19,819 nt of DNA, taken from the NCBI RefSeq assembly GCF_003334315.1, contig NZ_QOWR01000071.1; one strand, given 5' to 3'. Source of the DNA: Escherichia coli. GTDB lineage: Bacteria > Pseudomonadota > Gammaproteobacteria > Enterobacterales > Enterobacteriaceae. This document shows, piece after piece, positions 12,290-19,819 of this stretch (the first letter of the stretch is position 1; each line of letters opens with the position of its first letter). Under the pieces are notes generated by a model. That model ran no database searches. It was given only the letters and a program-made list of their open reading frames with translations, and was not told where the DNA came from. The position numbers and the translations under genes are program-made.

Positions 12290-13792
12290 TTACCTTCTTC
12301 TCCCCCCCAGCAAACTCCCCAACATCCCGCGTACAATCTGATTCGTCACCTGGCGAGCGGCGCTTTTGGCCATTGTTTGCACCACACCATCTTTCTTCCC
12401 GCCGCGTGGTCCGGTAGTGCCAAACAAAATATCCTTCAATCCACCAAGAATACCGTCATCCACCGCCACCTCTTTCCCTTTCGCGGCAGGATTATTTTGC
12501 TGCTCGGTACTGGCCTGAAAGCCTTTTTGCAACATCTCATAGGCGGATTCTCGGTCCACCTCATCCTCATATTTGCCATACACCGGGGAGTGATTAATCA
12601 GGCCATTACGCTCATCTTCCGTCACCGGCCCCATTCGCGAACAAGGCGCGATCACCATCGCCCGCTCCACCACTGAAGGACTTCCTTTCACATCAAGAAA
12701 CGAGATTAACGCCTCGCCGGTGCCCAGTTCCTGAATCGCCTTTTCGGTATCAAACGCCGGATTGGCCCGCATGGTTTGCGCCGCAGCTTTTACCGCTTTC
12801 TGATCTTTGGGCGTAAAAGCACGCAAAGCGTGTTGAACGCGATTACCGAGCTGCCCGAGCACGTTATCCGGAATATCAGACGGGTTTTGCGAAACGAACC
12901 AGACGCCCACGCCTTTTGAGCGAATAAGCCTTATCACCTGCTCAATCTTATCCAGCAGTACCTGCGGTGCGTCATTAAACAGCAGATGTGCTTCGTCGAA
13001 GAAAAACACCAGTTTCGGCTTCTCCAGATCGCCTGCTTCCGGCAATTGTTCATACAACTCCGAGAGCATCCACAACAGGCTGGCGGCATATAGTTTCGGC
13101 ATCTGATAAAGCTTTTCGGCGCTGAGGATATTGATAACGCCTTTACCGTTGGCATCGGTGCGCATCCAGTCTTTGATATCCAGCATCGGCTCGCCAAAGA
13201 AATGCTCCGCACCTTGTTGCTCCAGCGACAGTAATCCGCGCTGGATGGCACCAACCGATGCGCTACTGATATTTCCGTACTGATTCTGGAAAGATTTGGC
13301 GTTATCGCCGATGTACTGGGTAATCGCCCGCAAATCTTTAAAGTCGAGCAGTAACAGCCCCTGATCGTCAGCAATGCGGAAGATGATATTCAGCACGCCA
13401 GACTGCACATCGTTGAGATTCAACAGCCGCGCCAGCAACAGCGGCCCCAGGTCTGAAACCGTCGCCCGCACCGGATGGCCTTTCTCGCCAAAGATATCCC
13501 ACACCACCACCGGATTGGCATGCGGTTGCCAGTCATTGACGCCGATATTTTTAAGCCTTGTGAGCAGTTTTTCCGACGCCGTTCCTGCCTGCGCGATACC
13601 GGTCAGATCGCCTTTCACATCAGCCATAAACACCGGCACGCCGATTTCCGACAATGACTCTGCCAGTTTTTGCAGCGTAACGGTTTTACCCGTCCCCGTT
13701 GCGCCAGTAATCAGCCCGTGACGGTTAGCCATTCCCGGCAGTAAAAACAGTTCTGTGTCCGGCGTGCGGGCAATTAACAGGGGTTCGCTCAT
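12290..13792 (-). CDS. yjgR: DUF853-family P-loop NTPase
   Basis: Walker A GATGTGKT near the N-terminus. Start placed at ATG 13792 ([16 protein letters not shown]), giving 500 aa, rather than the longer track ORF from 13840. Confidence 0.85.
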   Translation of the reverse strand: MSEPLLIARTPDTELFLLPGMANRHGLITGATGTGKTVTLQKLAESLSEIGVPVFMADVKGDLTGIAQAGTASEKLLTRLKNIGVNDWQPHANPVVVWDIFGEKGHPVRATVSDLGPLLLARLLNLNDVQSGVLNIIFRIADDQGLLLLDFKDLRAITQYIGDNAKSFQNQYGNISSASVGAIQRGLLSLEQQGAEHFFGEPMLDIKDWMRTDANGKGVINILSAEKLYQMPKLYAASLLWMLSELYEQLPEAGDLEKPKLVFFFDEAHLLFNDAPQVLLDKIEQVIRLIRSKGVGVWFVSQNPSDIPDNVLGQLGNRVQHALRAFTPKDQKAVKAAAQTMRANPAFDTEKAIQELGTGEALISFLDVKGSPSVVERAMVIAPCSRMGPVTEDERNGLINHSPVYGKYEDEVDRESAYEMLQKGFQASTEQQNNPAAKGKEVAVDDGILGGLKDILFGTTGPRGGKKDGVVQTMAKSAARQVTNQIVRGMLGSLLGGRRR

Positions 13793-13891
13793 GAGATTTC
13801 CTCCAGTTTCCTGCCTGGAGTATAGGCAACGGCTGTGCACTCTTCACCGCTAAATTCAGCAGATTGCGAGACGCCTTCCAAAGAGATTTAA

Positions 13892-13915
13892 GTGCCGGGC
13901 GACAGGCACCCGGCA
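13892..13915 (-). terminator. Putative hairpin terminator downstream of ahr
   Basis: GC-rich inverted repeat tgccggg / cccggca (13893-13899 / 13909-13915), 7 bp 3' of the ahr stop; the minus-strand flank after it is moderately T-rich. Confidence 0.45.
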
Positions 13916-13921
13916 AAGGGA

Positions 13922-14941
13922 TCAGAAGTCGGCTTTCAGGACCACGCGGTAGCGCGCTTTACCATCGCGTACATGCTGGATGGCGTCGTTAATTTTCGAC
14001 ATCGGGAACAGTTCGGTGGTCGGCGCAACCTTGCTGCGGGCGGCAAAACGCATCAGCTTACGCAGCTCATAAGGCGTGCCGGTAGCAGAACCAGAGACGC
14101 TGCGATCGCCCGCAATTAACGTAAAGGCCGGAACAGACAGCGGCGTGAGAACCGCACCGACCGTATGGAAATTACCGCCATAGGTCAGCGCCTCAAAATA
14201 AGGCTGCCAGTCGAGGCTGACGTTGACGGTGTTGATAATGAGATCAAACTGCCCCGCCAGTGCTTTCAGTGCCTGCGGATCGCGGCTATTCACCACTTTA
14301 TCGGCACCCATCGCCAGTACTTCCTGCTCTTTCGCCGGATTAGAACTAAAGGCCGTCACCTCGCATCCCATTGCGTGCAGAAGTTTTATAGCGATATGCC
14401 CCAGCCCGCCAATACCAATTACCCCAACGCGGCTGGTAGCAGTGATATGGTGCATCAACAGTGGTTTAAAGACCGTGATACCACCACACAACAGCGGCCC
14501 GGCGGACTCGATATCAATATTTTCTGGCAGTGGAATCACCCATTGCCAGTCCGCACGCAACTTCTCGGCAAAACCACCACGATTCATAATTGTTGGCACC
14601 GCACCTTGCTCGCAGTTGATCTGATTACCGCTAATACAGGCGTCGCAGTGACCACAGCTACGCGCCGTCCAGCCAATCCCGACACGCTGACCGACCTGCA
14701 AACCTTTATCCTGCGCGGCGCTCCCGAGTGCCACCACGCGCCCAATCACCTCATGCCCGGCAACCAGCGGATATTGTGAAAATCCCCATTCGTTATCGAT
14801 CATCGACAGATCGGAATGGCAGATCCCGCAGTAATCCACCTGCACTTCAACATCTTGTGGCTTCAGCTCACCGGGATCGTACTCATAAACTTCCAGTTCG
14901 CCGCCCGCTTCTTTTGCGGCATAGCTTTTTATCATCGACAT
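13922..14941 (-). CDS. ahr: NADPH-dependent aldehyde reductase, zinc-type alcohol dehydrogenase family
   Basis: Start at ATG 14941 ([26 protein letters not shown]), 339 aa; contains the Zn-ADH motif [12 protein letters not shown] and the Rossmann motif [10 protein letters not shown]. Lies directly upstream of leuX as yjgB/ahr does in K-12. Confidence 0.9.
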   Translation of the reverse strand: MSMIKSYAAKEAGGELEVYEYDPGELKPQDVEVQVDYCGICHSDLSMIDNEWGFSQYPLVAGHEVIGRVVALGSAAQDKGLQVGQRVGIGWTARSCGHCDACISGNQINCEQGAVPTIMNRGGFAEKLRADWQWVIPLPENIDIESAGPLLCGGITVFKPLLMHHITATSRVGVIGIGGLGHIAIKLLHAMGCEVTAFSSNPAKEQEVLAMGADKVVNSRDPQALKALAGQFDLIINTVNVSLDWQPYFEALTYGGNFHTVGAVLTPLSVPAFTLIAGDRSVSGSATGTPYELRKLMRFAARSKVAPTTELFPMSKINDAIQHVRDGKARYRVVLKADF

Positions 14942-15136
14942 TTTTGGGTCCTTCTCTGGTGTTGTTTGGGAAGTGTAGAGCATGGCAGGGCGGGGTGCCT
15001 GGAGTGTGACAAAGGTTACACATCGCGGTATGCAATGCTGAAAATTTCAGCACTTAGCGAGGTGCGAGCAAGCTGGCGCTTGCATGGTGGCGTGCGACAG
15101 GTATAATCCACAACGTTTTCCGCATACCTCTTCAGT

Positions 15137-15221
15137 GCCGAAGTGGCGAAATCGGTAGACGCAGTTGATTCAAAATCAACCGTAGAAATACGTGCCGGTT
15201 CGAGTCCGGCCTTCGGCACCA
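15137..15221 (+). tRNA. leuX: tRNA-Leu (anticodon CAA)
   Basis: GCCGAAGTGGCGAAATCGGTAGACGCAGTTGATTCAAAATCAACCGTAGAAATACGTGCCGGTTCGAGTCCGGCCTTCGGCACCA: cloverleaf with long variable arm, anticodon loop TTCAAAA giving CAA, and 3' CCA. Confidence 0.95.
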
Positions 15222-15234
15222 AAAGTATGTAAAT

Positions 15235-15258
15235 AGACCTCAACTGAGGTCTTTTTTT
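15235..15258 (+). terminator. Intrinsic terminator of leuX
   Basis: Stem agacctc / gaggtct (15235-15241 / 15246-15252) with a 4-nt loop, followed by T7. Confidence 0.85.
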
Positions 15259-15407
15259 ATGCCTGAAATCCAGTATTTACCTACCTTTCCCGCTATATTA
15301 ACTCTCTCAAGGTCAACCGACATCAACGTACATCTACCAACACATGTTGGTACAGATGATGGTATTTCCGGTTCGATAATGCTTGTACCAACAGGGAGGG
15401 GATAAGC

Positions 15408-16673
15408 ATGGCGTTAACAGATATCAAGGTCAGAACAGCCAAGCCAATGGATAAGCAGTACAAACTGACCGATGGCAGCGGTATGCACCTGCTTGTCCAT
15501 CCTAATGGTTCTAAGTACTGGCGTTTGCAGTACCGTTATGATGGCAAGCAAAAGATGTTGGCACTTGGGATTTACCCTGAAATAACACTGGCGGATGCCA
15601 GAGCACGTCGTGACGACGCGCGTAAGCTGCTAGCGAATGGCGTCGATCCGGGAGACAAAAAGAAAAATGATAAGGTTGAACAGAGTAAAGCACGAACCTT
15701 TAAAGAGGTCGCGATCGAGTGGCATGGCACCAATAAAAAGTGGTCTGAAGATCACGCCCATCGTGTGCTAAAAAGCTTGGAAGATAATCTCTTCGCGGCA
15801 CTTGGTGAGCGTAATATCGCTGAGCTAAAAACTCGTGATTTATTAGTACCCATTAAAGCCGTAGAGACATCTGGACGTCTTGAAGTGGCTTCCCGCCTTC
15901 AACAGCGCACCACGGCCATCATGCGTTATGCAGTGCAAAGCGGGTTAATTGATTACAATCCGGCGCAAGAGATGGCGGGGGCGGTTGCTTCCAGTAATCG
16001 ACAGCATCGTCCGGCGCTGGAGTTAAGGCGTATCCCTGAGTTGCTTGAGAAAATAGACAGCTATACCGGCAGGCCGTTAACCCGCTGGGCGACAGAACTC
16101 ACTCTGCTTATCTTTATTCGGTCCAGTGAGCTGCGTTTTGCTCGCTGGTCAGAAATCGATTTTGAAACGTCAATGTGGACTATCCCGCCCGAGCGAGAGC
16201 CTATTCCTGATGTGAAACATTCTCAGCGAGGATCAAAGATGCATACACCGCATCTGGTGCCGCTTTCAAAGCAGGCGCTGGCGATCCTGAAGCAGATAAA
16301 ACAGTTCTGTGGCGAACATGAGCTGATTTTTATTGGCGATCACGATCCGCGTAAGCCCATGAGCGAGAACACGGTAAACAGTGCGCTACGGGTGATGGGT
16401 TATGACACTAAGGTTGAAGTTTGCGGCCACGGCTTCCGTACAATGGCCTGTAGTTCGTTAATTGAGTCAGGACTATGGTCGAAGGATGCGGTGGAAAGGC
16501 AGATGAGCCATATGGAACGCAATTCGGTGAGGGCGGCGTATATCCATAAAGCGGAACATCTGGATGAGCGCAAGCTGATGTTGCGGTGGTGGGCGGATTT
16601 TCTGGATGCGAACCGGGAGAAAGGGATTACGCCGTTTGACTACGCGAAGATCAATCGGGGTAATGGCGAGTGA
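15408..16673 (+). CDS. P4-type tyrosine integrase (site-specific recombinase) at the leuX tRNA
   Basis: 421-aa ORF with strong SD (agggagggg) before the ATG; catalytic-domain signatures HGFR and RAAYIH (His-X-X-Arg ... Tyr); begins about 190 bp after the tRNA 3' end, the typical layout for P4-like integrative islands. Confidence 0.9.
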   Translation: MALTDIKVRTAKPMDKQYKLTDGSGMHLLVHPNGSKYWRLQYRYDGKQKMLALGIYPEITLADARARRDDARKLLANGVDPGDKKKNDKVEQSKARTFKEVAIEWHGTNKKWSEDHAHRVLKSLEDNLFAALGERNIAELKTRDLLVPIKAVETSGRLEVASRLQQRTTAIMRYAVQSGLIDYNPAQEMAGAVASSNRQHRPALELRRIPELLEKIDSYTGRPLTRWATELTLLIFIRSSELRFARWSEIDFETSMWTIPPEREPIPDVKHSQRGSKMHTPHLVPLSKQALAILKQIKQFCGEHELIFIGDHDPRKPMSENTVNSALRVMGYDTKVEVCGHGFRTMACSSLIESGLWSKDAVERQMSHMERNSVRAAYIHKAEHLDERKLMLRWWADFLDANREKGITPFDYAKINRGNGE

Positions 16674-16714
16674 GTTGAATGCCGTTATTCCTCGGCTGAT
16701 GTTTAAATTTAAAA

Positions 16715-16757
16715 GACCAACCAGCCCGCTTAGGACTGGTTGGTCGCTGTATTTTTT
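16715..16757 (+). terminator. Intrinsic terminator after the integrase gene
   Basis: Perfect 10-bp stem gaccaaccag / ctggttggtc (16715-16724 / 16736-16745) followed by a T-run at 16751-16757. Confidence 0.8.
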
Positions 16758-16877
16758 CAGAATTCCATCTGCCAGGTACAGAGCCGTCAGGCAAAATGGA
16801 TGTCTGCAATAATGCCTTGAATGTACATATAGTTGCGAGCATCATCGCAAATATGTGCTCATGGATTCTCCAACGCA

Positions 16878-17756
16878 ATGACCTCTGACAAAACCCTAAA
16901 ACAAGCGATATCAAATATCACCATCTGGCGCAAAGGCGAACAACGTGCGCCACATAAGCCATTATTGCTGCTGTACGTTCTCTCACACTATCGGCAGGGT
17001 CATGGTCGCATGTTTAACTATGGTTCTGAAATCTACGAGCCCCTGTTGGATCTCCTGGAACGTTATGGACCGCAGCGCCGTGACCAGCGCCCGGACATGC
17101 CGTTCTGGCGTCTGAAGGGCGATGGCTTCTGGGAACTACATAACGCGGAACTGTGCTCAACCAGTGGTAGCCGCCAGCCGCCCCGACGTGAACTCATTGA
17201 ATATAATGTCGCTGGTGGATTTGATGCCGATAATTTTGCGTTGGTGGCAAAAAATCACAGGTTAATTGATACGCTGGCTCAGCAGCTCCTGGAGGCGCAT
17301 TTCCCGGCCAGTATTCAGGAAGAGATCGCTGACGAGATGGGTTTTGATATTCGCACCTCTCTCCGTCAACGCGATCCGAAGTTTCGCCAGATGGTGCTAC
17401 GTGCTTACAATTATCAGTGCGCTATCTGCGGCTTTAACATGCGCCACGACAATGCGCCGATTGCTCTGGAAGCCGCTCATATCAGATGGAAGCAGCACCA
17501 TGGCCCTTGCGAAGTACCTAATGGCCTGGCATTGTGTGCAATCCACCATAAAGCGTTTGATCGCGGTTCGATTGGCCTGGATGAAAATATGCGTGTGGTG
17601 GTTTCCGGTGCGGTAAATGGTGGTGGAGTGGTACAGCGACTGTTCTGGGATTTTGCGGGAAAGGCGATTGCGTTGCCACCGGTTAAAGAAAATTATCCGG
17701 GCGAGCAGTTTGTTGAATGGCACAGAAAAGAGGTGTTCAGAGGAGAGGGAATCTGA
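16878..17756 (+). CDS. Two-domain protein: N-terminal uncharacterised (possible DNA-modification reader) domain fused to a C-terminal HNH nuclease; candidate type IV-like restriction or defence nuclease
   Basis: HNH motif readable directly in the C-terminus: YQCAICGF ... LEAAHIRW ... NGLALCAIHHKAFD. The N-terminal roughly 170 aa has no HNH features but distinctive motifs (PHKPLLLLYVL, MPFWRLKGDGFWEL). Start chosen at the first ATG (16878); the track ORF begins at a TTG at 16833. First cargo gene after the integrase. Confidence 0.6.
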   Translation: MTSDKTLKQAISNITIWRKGEQRAPHKPLLLLYVLSHYRQGHGRMFNYGSEIYEPLLDLLERYGPQRRDQRPDMPFWRLKGDGFWELHNAELCSTSGSRQPPRRELIEYNVAGGFDADNFALVAKNHRLIDTLAQQLLEAHFPASIQEEIADEMGFDIRTSLRQRDPKFRQMVLRAYNYQCAICGFNMRHDNAPIALEAAHIRWKQHHGPCEVPNGLALCAIHHKAFDRGSIGLDENMRVVVSGAVNGGGVVQRLFWDFAGKAIALPPVKENYPGEQFVEWHRKEVFRGEGI

Positions 17757-17825
17757 AATAGATTGATTTTTTTCTTTAGATTATTAAGTTAGTTATTGAT
17801 AACGGCTTTATTATGTGGAGGGTAT

Positions 17826-18146
17826 ATGGTTAGGCGTAATGTGAAATGGTTGTCTTTCTTTATTTTTATTTCTATTCTGTCTTTATTTCGCGGGTGGTCG
17901 TTTATTAAACAGTTTCATCTGTCGGCATTTACTGTACTTGCTGTATTTATTTATGCGTTGTATAGCTATATAAGAATTTCAACTTTTGTAAATAAGATGG
18001 AGTTAAATAATAAATTTATTGTTTTTCTTAGGTTGAAGAAATTTGTTTTGTTTTTTAAGCAAGGGACTAAGCTCACTATTCTGGAAAGAAATATTGTCTT
18101 TTTTTCAGTTTATATACCTTGTCTGCTTATCATGTGCTTATATTAG
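17826..18146 (+). CDS. Hypothetical small hydrophobic protein (about 106 aa, 2 predicted TM segments); may be a composition artefact
   Basis: ATG at 17826 preceded by GGAGG (17817-17821); hydrophobic stretches LSFFIFISILSLF and AFTVLAVFIYALYSYI. The region is very AT-rich, which favours F/I/L codons, so coding status is uncertain. Confidence 0.3.
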   Translation: MVRRNVKWLSFFIFISILSLFRGWSFIKQFHLSAFTVLAVFIYALYSYIRISTFVNKMELNNKFIVFLRLKKFVLFFKQGTKLTILERNIVFFSVYIPCLLIMCLY

Positions 18147-18447
18147 GTAAAATGCATGTCATTAATAAATGGTTAAATGTGGGTTTGTATAACTAATTCA
18201 TAGGTGTCATTCCAGTTTTATTAGTTAAATTTGTCGTTCTGCTGCTTCAATGTGCCGAAAATAATTTTTTGTTCTTAAATAAGTATTGGCTGATAAATTG
18301 TCTCTCCTTTAATAAAATTTGAAGTTGTTCACGGTTTATAGGGTTCTTCAATTATTAATGTTTTTTCTTTGTTAGCATCTTTCCTCAATGCTATGTATCT
18401 TTATAAAGATACGACCTAATCTTATTTGTCATTTTTAAAATCCTGTA

Positions 18448-18944
18448 TTATATTGTGAAGTATAATAAGCTAAGGAACGAGCCGAAAATAAAAACATGTC
18501 TAAATATTGCTAATCCAACCAGTTCATCAAGGCGACAGCCTTTCCATGATGCATTCCTCCAGCCTAGCTGAAACAATGTTGACCATGATAGAATAAATAT
18601 TCCGGTGGCGCTAACGGCGTCTTTCCATTCTAATGGATAGATAATCCGAAATTTCCCTGAGTAAAATCCAATCGCAATTACTATAAAAAGCACACCCAAC
18701 ATTATTAGCACTGACGCAAGAATGGACTTTCTTAAGTCATCACAATACTCTTCGAGGGAGTGTTTGTGATCATCTGGATTTAGACTGTATTTCCCCGCCT
18801 CAAGTTTTCTCTTATATTCATCCTTCTCAAGTTCAAAAGCCATCTTATTGATAGCACCAAGCGTAATAAATTTTTCCTTGTTGAAGAAAAAATAAAACAT
18901 TGCTTTATAAATATTTTCTTTTTTAGGTAGTTGTGCTGTGTTCA
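18448..18944 (-). CDS. Hypothetical membrane protein (about 165 aa; soluble charged N-terminal part plus 3 predicted TM helices)
   Basis: ORF on the minus strand with ATG at 18944 (MNTAQLPKKENIYKAMFYFFF); the track's longer version starts at a TTG at 18981. Predicted TM segments ILASVLIMLGVLFIVIAIGFY, GIFILSWSTLFQLGW and LVGLAIFRHVFIFGSFLSLLYF. No recognisable family from sequence alone. Confidence 0.4.
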
Positions 18945-18970
18945 TATTCTCATAAAAAATAAGTAACGAT

Positions 18971-18993
18971 GTTGACAGCAAGAAGCTGTCAAC
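18971..18993 (-). other. Perfect 9-bp stem hairpin between the hsdR-like remnant and the membrane-protein gene (possible terminator or leader structure)
   Basis: gttgacagc (18971-18979) / gctgtcaac (18985-18993) with a 5-nt loop, 8 nt 3' of the hsdR-like stop; the T-run lies 9 nt further on, so this is not a textbook intrinsic terminator. Confidence 0.4.
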
Positions 18994-19000
18994 ATGAAAT

Positions 19001-19366
19001 TCACATCGTCCAATGATTCGAAATAACTTCCGCTTGTTTCAAAATTAACTCCACCGCACCCGGCGTTTTATCTGGCGGATACTTATACCGACGCAGAGTC
19101 TGGCGAACCAAGATACGCAGCCTTGCACGAACGCTCTCGCGCACCTGCCAGTCAACGGTAGTTGATTGCCTCAACTTCAAGGTGACTTCTATCGCCAGTT
19201 TCTTAAGCACCTCATCCCCTAACTCTCGGACGGCACTTTCGTTTTCTGCCAGTGCGTCGTAGAAAGCGATTTCGTCAGGATTCAGGCCAAGCGCATCATC
19301 ACGCTCCATTGCAGACTGAAAATCCTTCGCCATCTGGATCAGCTCTTCAATCACCTGCGCCGTCTC
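19001..19366 (-). pseudogene. 3' remnant (about 122 codons) of a type I restriction enzyme R-subunit-like gene, truncated by IS1 insertion
   Basis: ORF ...LNPDEIAFYDALAENESAVRELGDEVLKKLAIEVTLKLRQSTTVDWQVRESVRARLRILVRQTLRRYKYPPDK... resembles the conserved HsdR C-terminal domain (DUF3387-like) as I recall it. The frame stays open upstream right to the IS1 boundary at 19366/19367, as expected for an insertion into a longer gene. Confidence 0.5.
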
Positions 19367-19819
19367 GGTAATGGTCCCAACTTATTGATAGTGTTTTATG
19401 TTCAGATAATGCCCGATTACTTTGTCATGCAGCTCCACCGATTTTGAGAACGACAGCGACTTCCGTCCCAGCCGTGCCAGGTGCTGCCTCAGATTCAGGT
19501 TATGCCGCTCAATTCGCTGCGTATATCGCTTGCTGATTACGTGCAGCTTTCCCTTCAGGCGGGATTCATACAGCGGCCAGCCATCCGTCATCCATATCAC
19601 CACGTCAAAGGGTGACAGCAGGCTCATAAGACGCCCCAGCGTCGCCATCGTGCGTTCACCGAATACGTGCGCAACAACCGTCTTCCGGAGCCTGTCATAC
19701 GCGTAAAACAGCCAGCGCTGGCGCGATTTAGCCCCGACATAGCCCCACTGTTCGTCCATTTCCGCGCAGACGATGACGTCACTGCCCGGCTGTATGCGCG
19801 AGGTTACCGACTGCGGCCT
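19367..19819 (-). mobile_element. IS1 insertion sequence, partial (right inverted repeat and insB); same orientation as the copy at 1-204; continues beyond window end
   Basis: 19367 onward reads ggtaatggtcccaacttattgatagtgttttatgttcagataatg, the reverse complement of the IS1 right end from memory (variant at 2-3 positions); the remainder to the window edge matches insB. Confidence 0.85.
19382..19819 (-). CDS. insB: IS1 InsB (transposase C-terminal part; partial CDS truncated by window end)
   Basis: Translation ...[125 protein letters not shown] matches IS1 InsB; the frame continues open to the window edge. Confidence 0.9.
   Translation of the reverse strand, partial: RPQSVTSRIQPGSDVIVCAEMDEQWGYVGAKSRQRWLFYAYDRLRKTVVAHVFGERTMATLGRLMSLLSPFDVVIWMTDGWPLYESRLKGKLHVISKRYTQRIERHNLNLRQHLARLGRKSLSFSKSVELHDKVIGHYLNIKHYQ

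Noticed and set aside
12934-13721. ORFs of 146 and 115 aa overlapping yjgR
   Set aside because: Alternative or antisense frames inside yjgR with Cys/Arg/Ser-rich composition.
14165-15009. Plus-strand ORFs of 204, 133, 93 and 96 aa
   Set aside because: Antisense to ahr or spanning its promoter region; no independent support.
15016-15243. 75-aa minus-strand ORF
   Set aside because: Overlaps the leuX tRNA gene and its terminator on the opposite strand.
17266-17723. 116-aa plus and 108-aa minus ORFs
   Set aside because: Overlap the HNH-protein gene in other frames; the HNH frame carries recognisable catalytic motifs.

Overview
Enterobacterial (E. coli/Shigella-type) chromosomal segment matching the K-12 argI-to-leuX neighbourhood, bracketed by two partial IS1 copies in the same orientation. 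Left to right: IS1 end (1-204) truncating an AT-rich yjgL-like ORF; argI with ARG-box operator; rraB; yjgM; yjgN; valS-holC; a tandem BIME/REP array; pepA; lptF-lptG; yjgR; ahr; tRNA-Leu(CAA) leuX; then a P4-type tyrosine integrase opening an AT-rich integrated island. The island cargo in the window is a two-domain protein with a clear C-terminal HNH nuclease motif (candidate modification-dependent or stand-alone defence nuclease), two small predicted membrane proteins, and the 3' remnant of a type I restriction hsdR-like gene cut by the second IS1 (19367-19819). Relative to K-12 as I recall it, the idn (L-idonate) operon is absent between yjgR and ahr. All identifications rest on reading the ORF translations and the DNA against remembered sequences; no database search was run.
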